Shown here one piece after another: positions 63,891 to 64,000 of a DNA stretch of 64,000 nucleotides. Position 1 is the stretch's first letter. Each line of letters begins with the position of its first letter. Below the pieces are notes generated by a model. It ran no database searches. It saw nothing but the letters and a program-made list of their open reading frames with translations, and had not been told where the DNA came from. The stretch comes from Octopus vulgaris. Lineage: Eukaryota. A program made the translations under genes and the position numbers. The stretch lies in assembly GCA_951406725.2 (NCBI GenBank), contig OX597816.1, forward strand, positions 12,772,001-12,836,000. Reading direction: 5' to 3'.

Positions 63891-64000
63891 AATATCCATA
63901 GGAATATTTCCTACTCTTCCAAAGTTATCGTTAAATACGAGGCCAAGCTTAACAAGATTATAAAAAATTCCAACAGTTCTAATGTTGAAAGCTATCAACG

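Overview
AT-rich, microsatellite-saturated eukaryotic non-coding DNA. The repeat families look like a coleoid cephalopod (Octopus-like) genome; this assignment rests on recognition, not a database search. I find no confidently supported host protein-coding gene, and almost every ORF in the track is a translation of (TA)n, (TG)n, (GATA)n or trinucleotide repeats. The window holds dozens of tRNA-derived SINE copies from about four modular families (my labels A-D), fossil RTE and R4/Dong-like LINE pieces, Tc1/mariner remnants, one complete non-autonomous Helitron and one tRNA-Thr(TGT) gene or pseudogene. The most striking unannotated signal is a set of about ten minimal type I hammerhead-ribozyme (HHR) motifs from several unrelated sequence families. 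They sit in short Penelope-like terminal-repeat (pLTR) fragments lodged in (TA)n tracts, often as fold-back inverted pairs. Two have intact canonical cores (7016-7053 with its mirror copy, and 27556-27601), and others carry non-canonical cores (U3-A8, C4). Other notable structure includes SINE-A multimers whose ~184-bp unit repeatedly restarts at the same hairpin apex, a 57-bp inverted templated insertion, several old local duplications and a ~4-kb trinucleotide patchwork with strand inversion. Repeat boundaries were read by eye and are approximate unless TIRs or TSDs are quoted.
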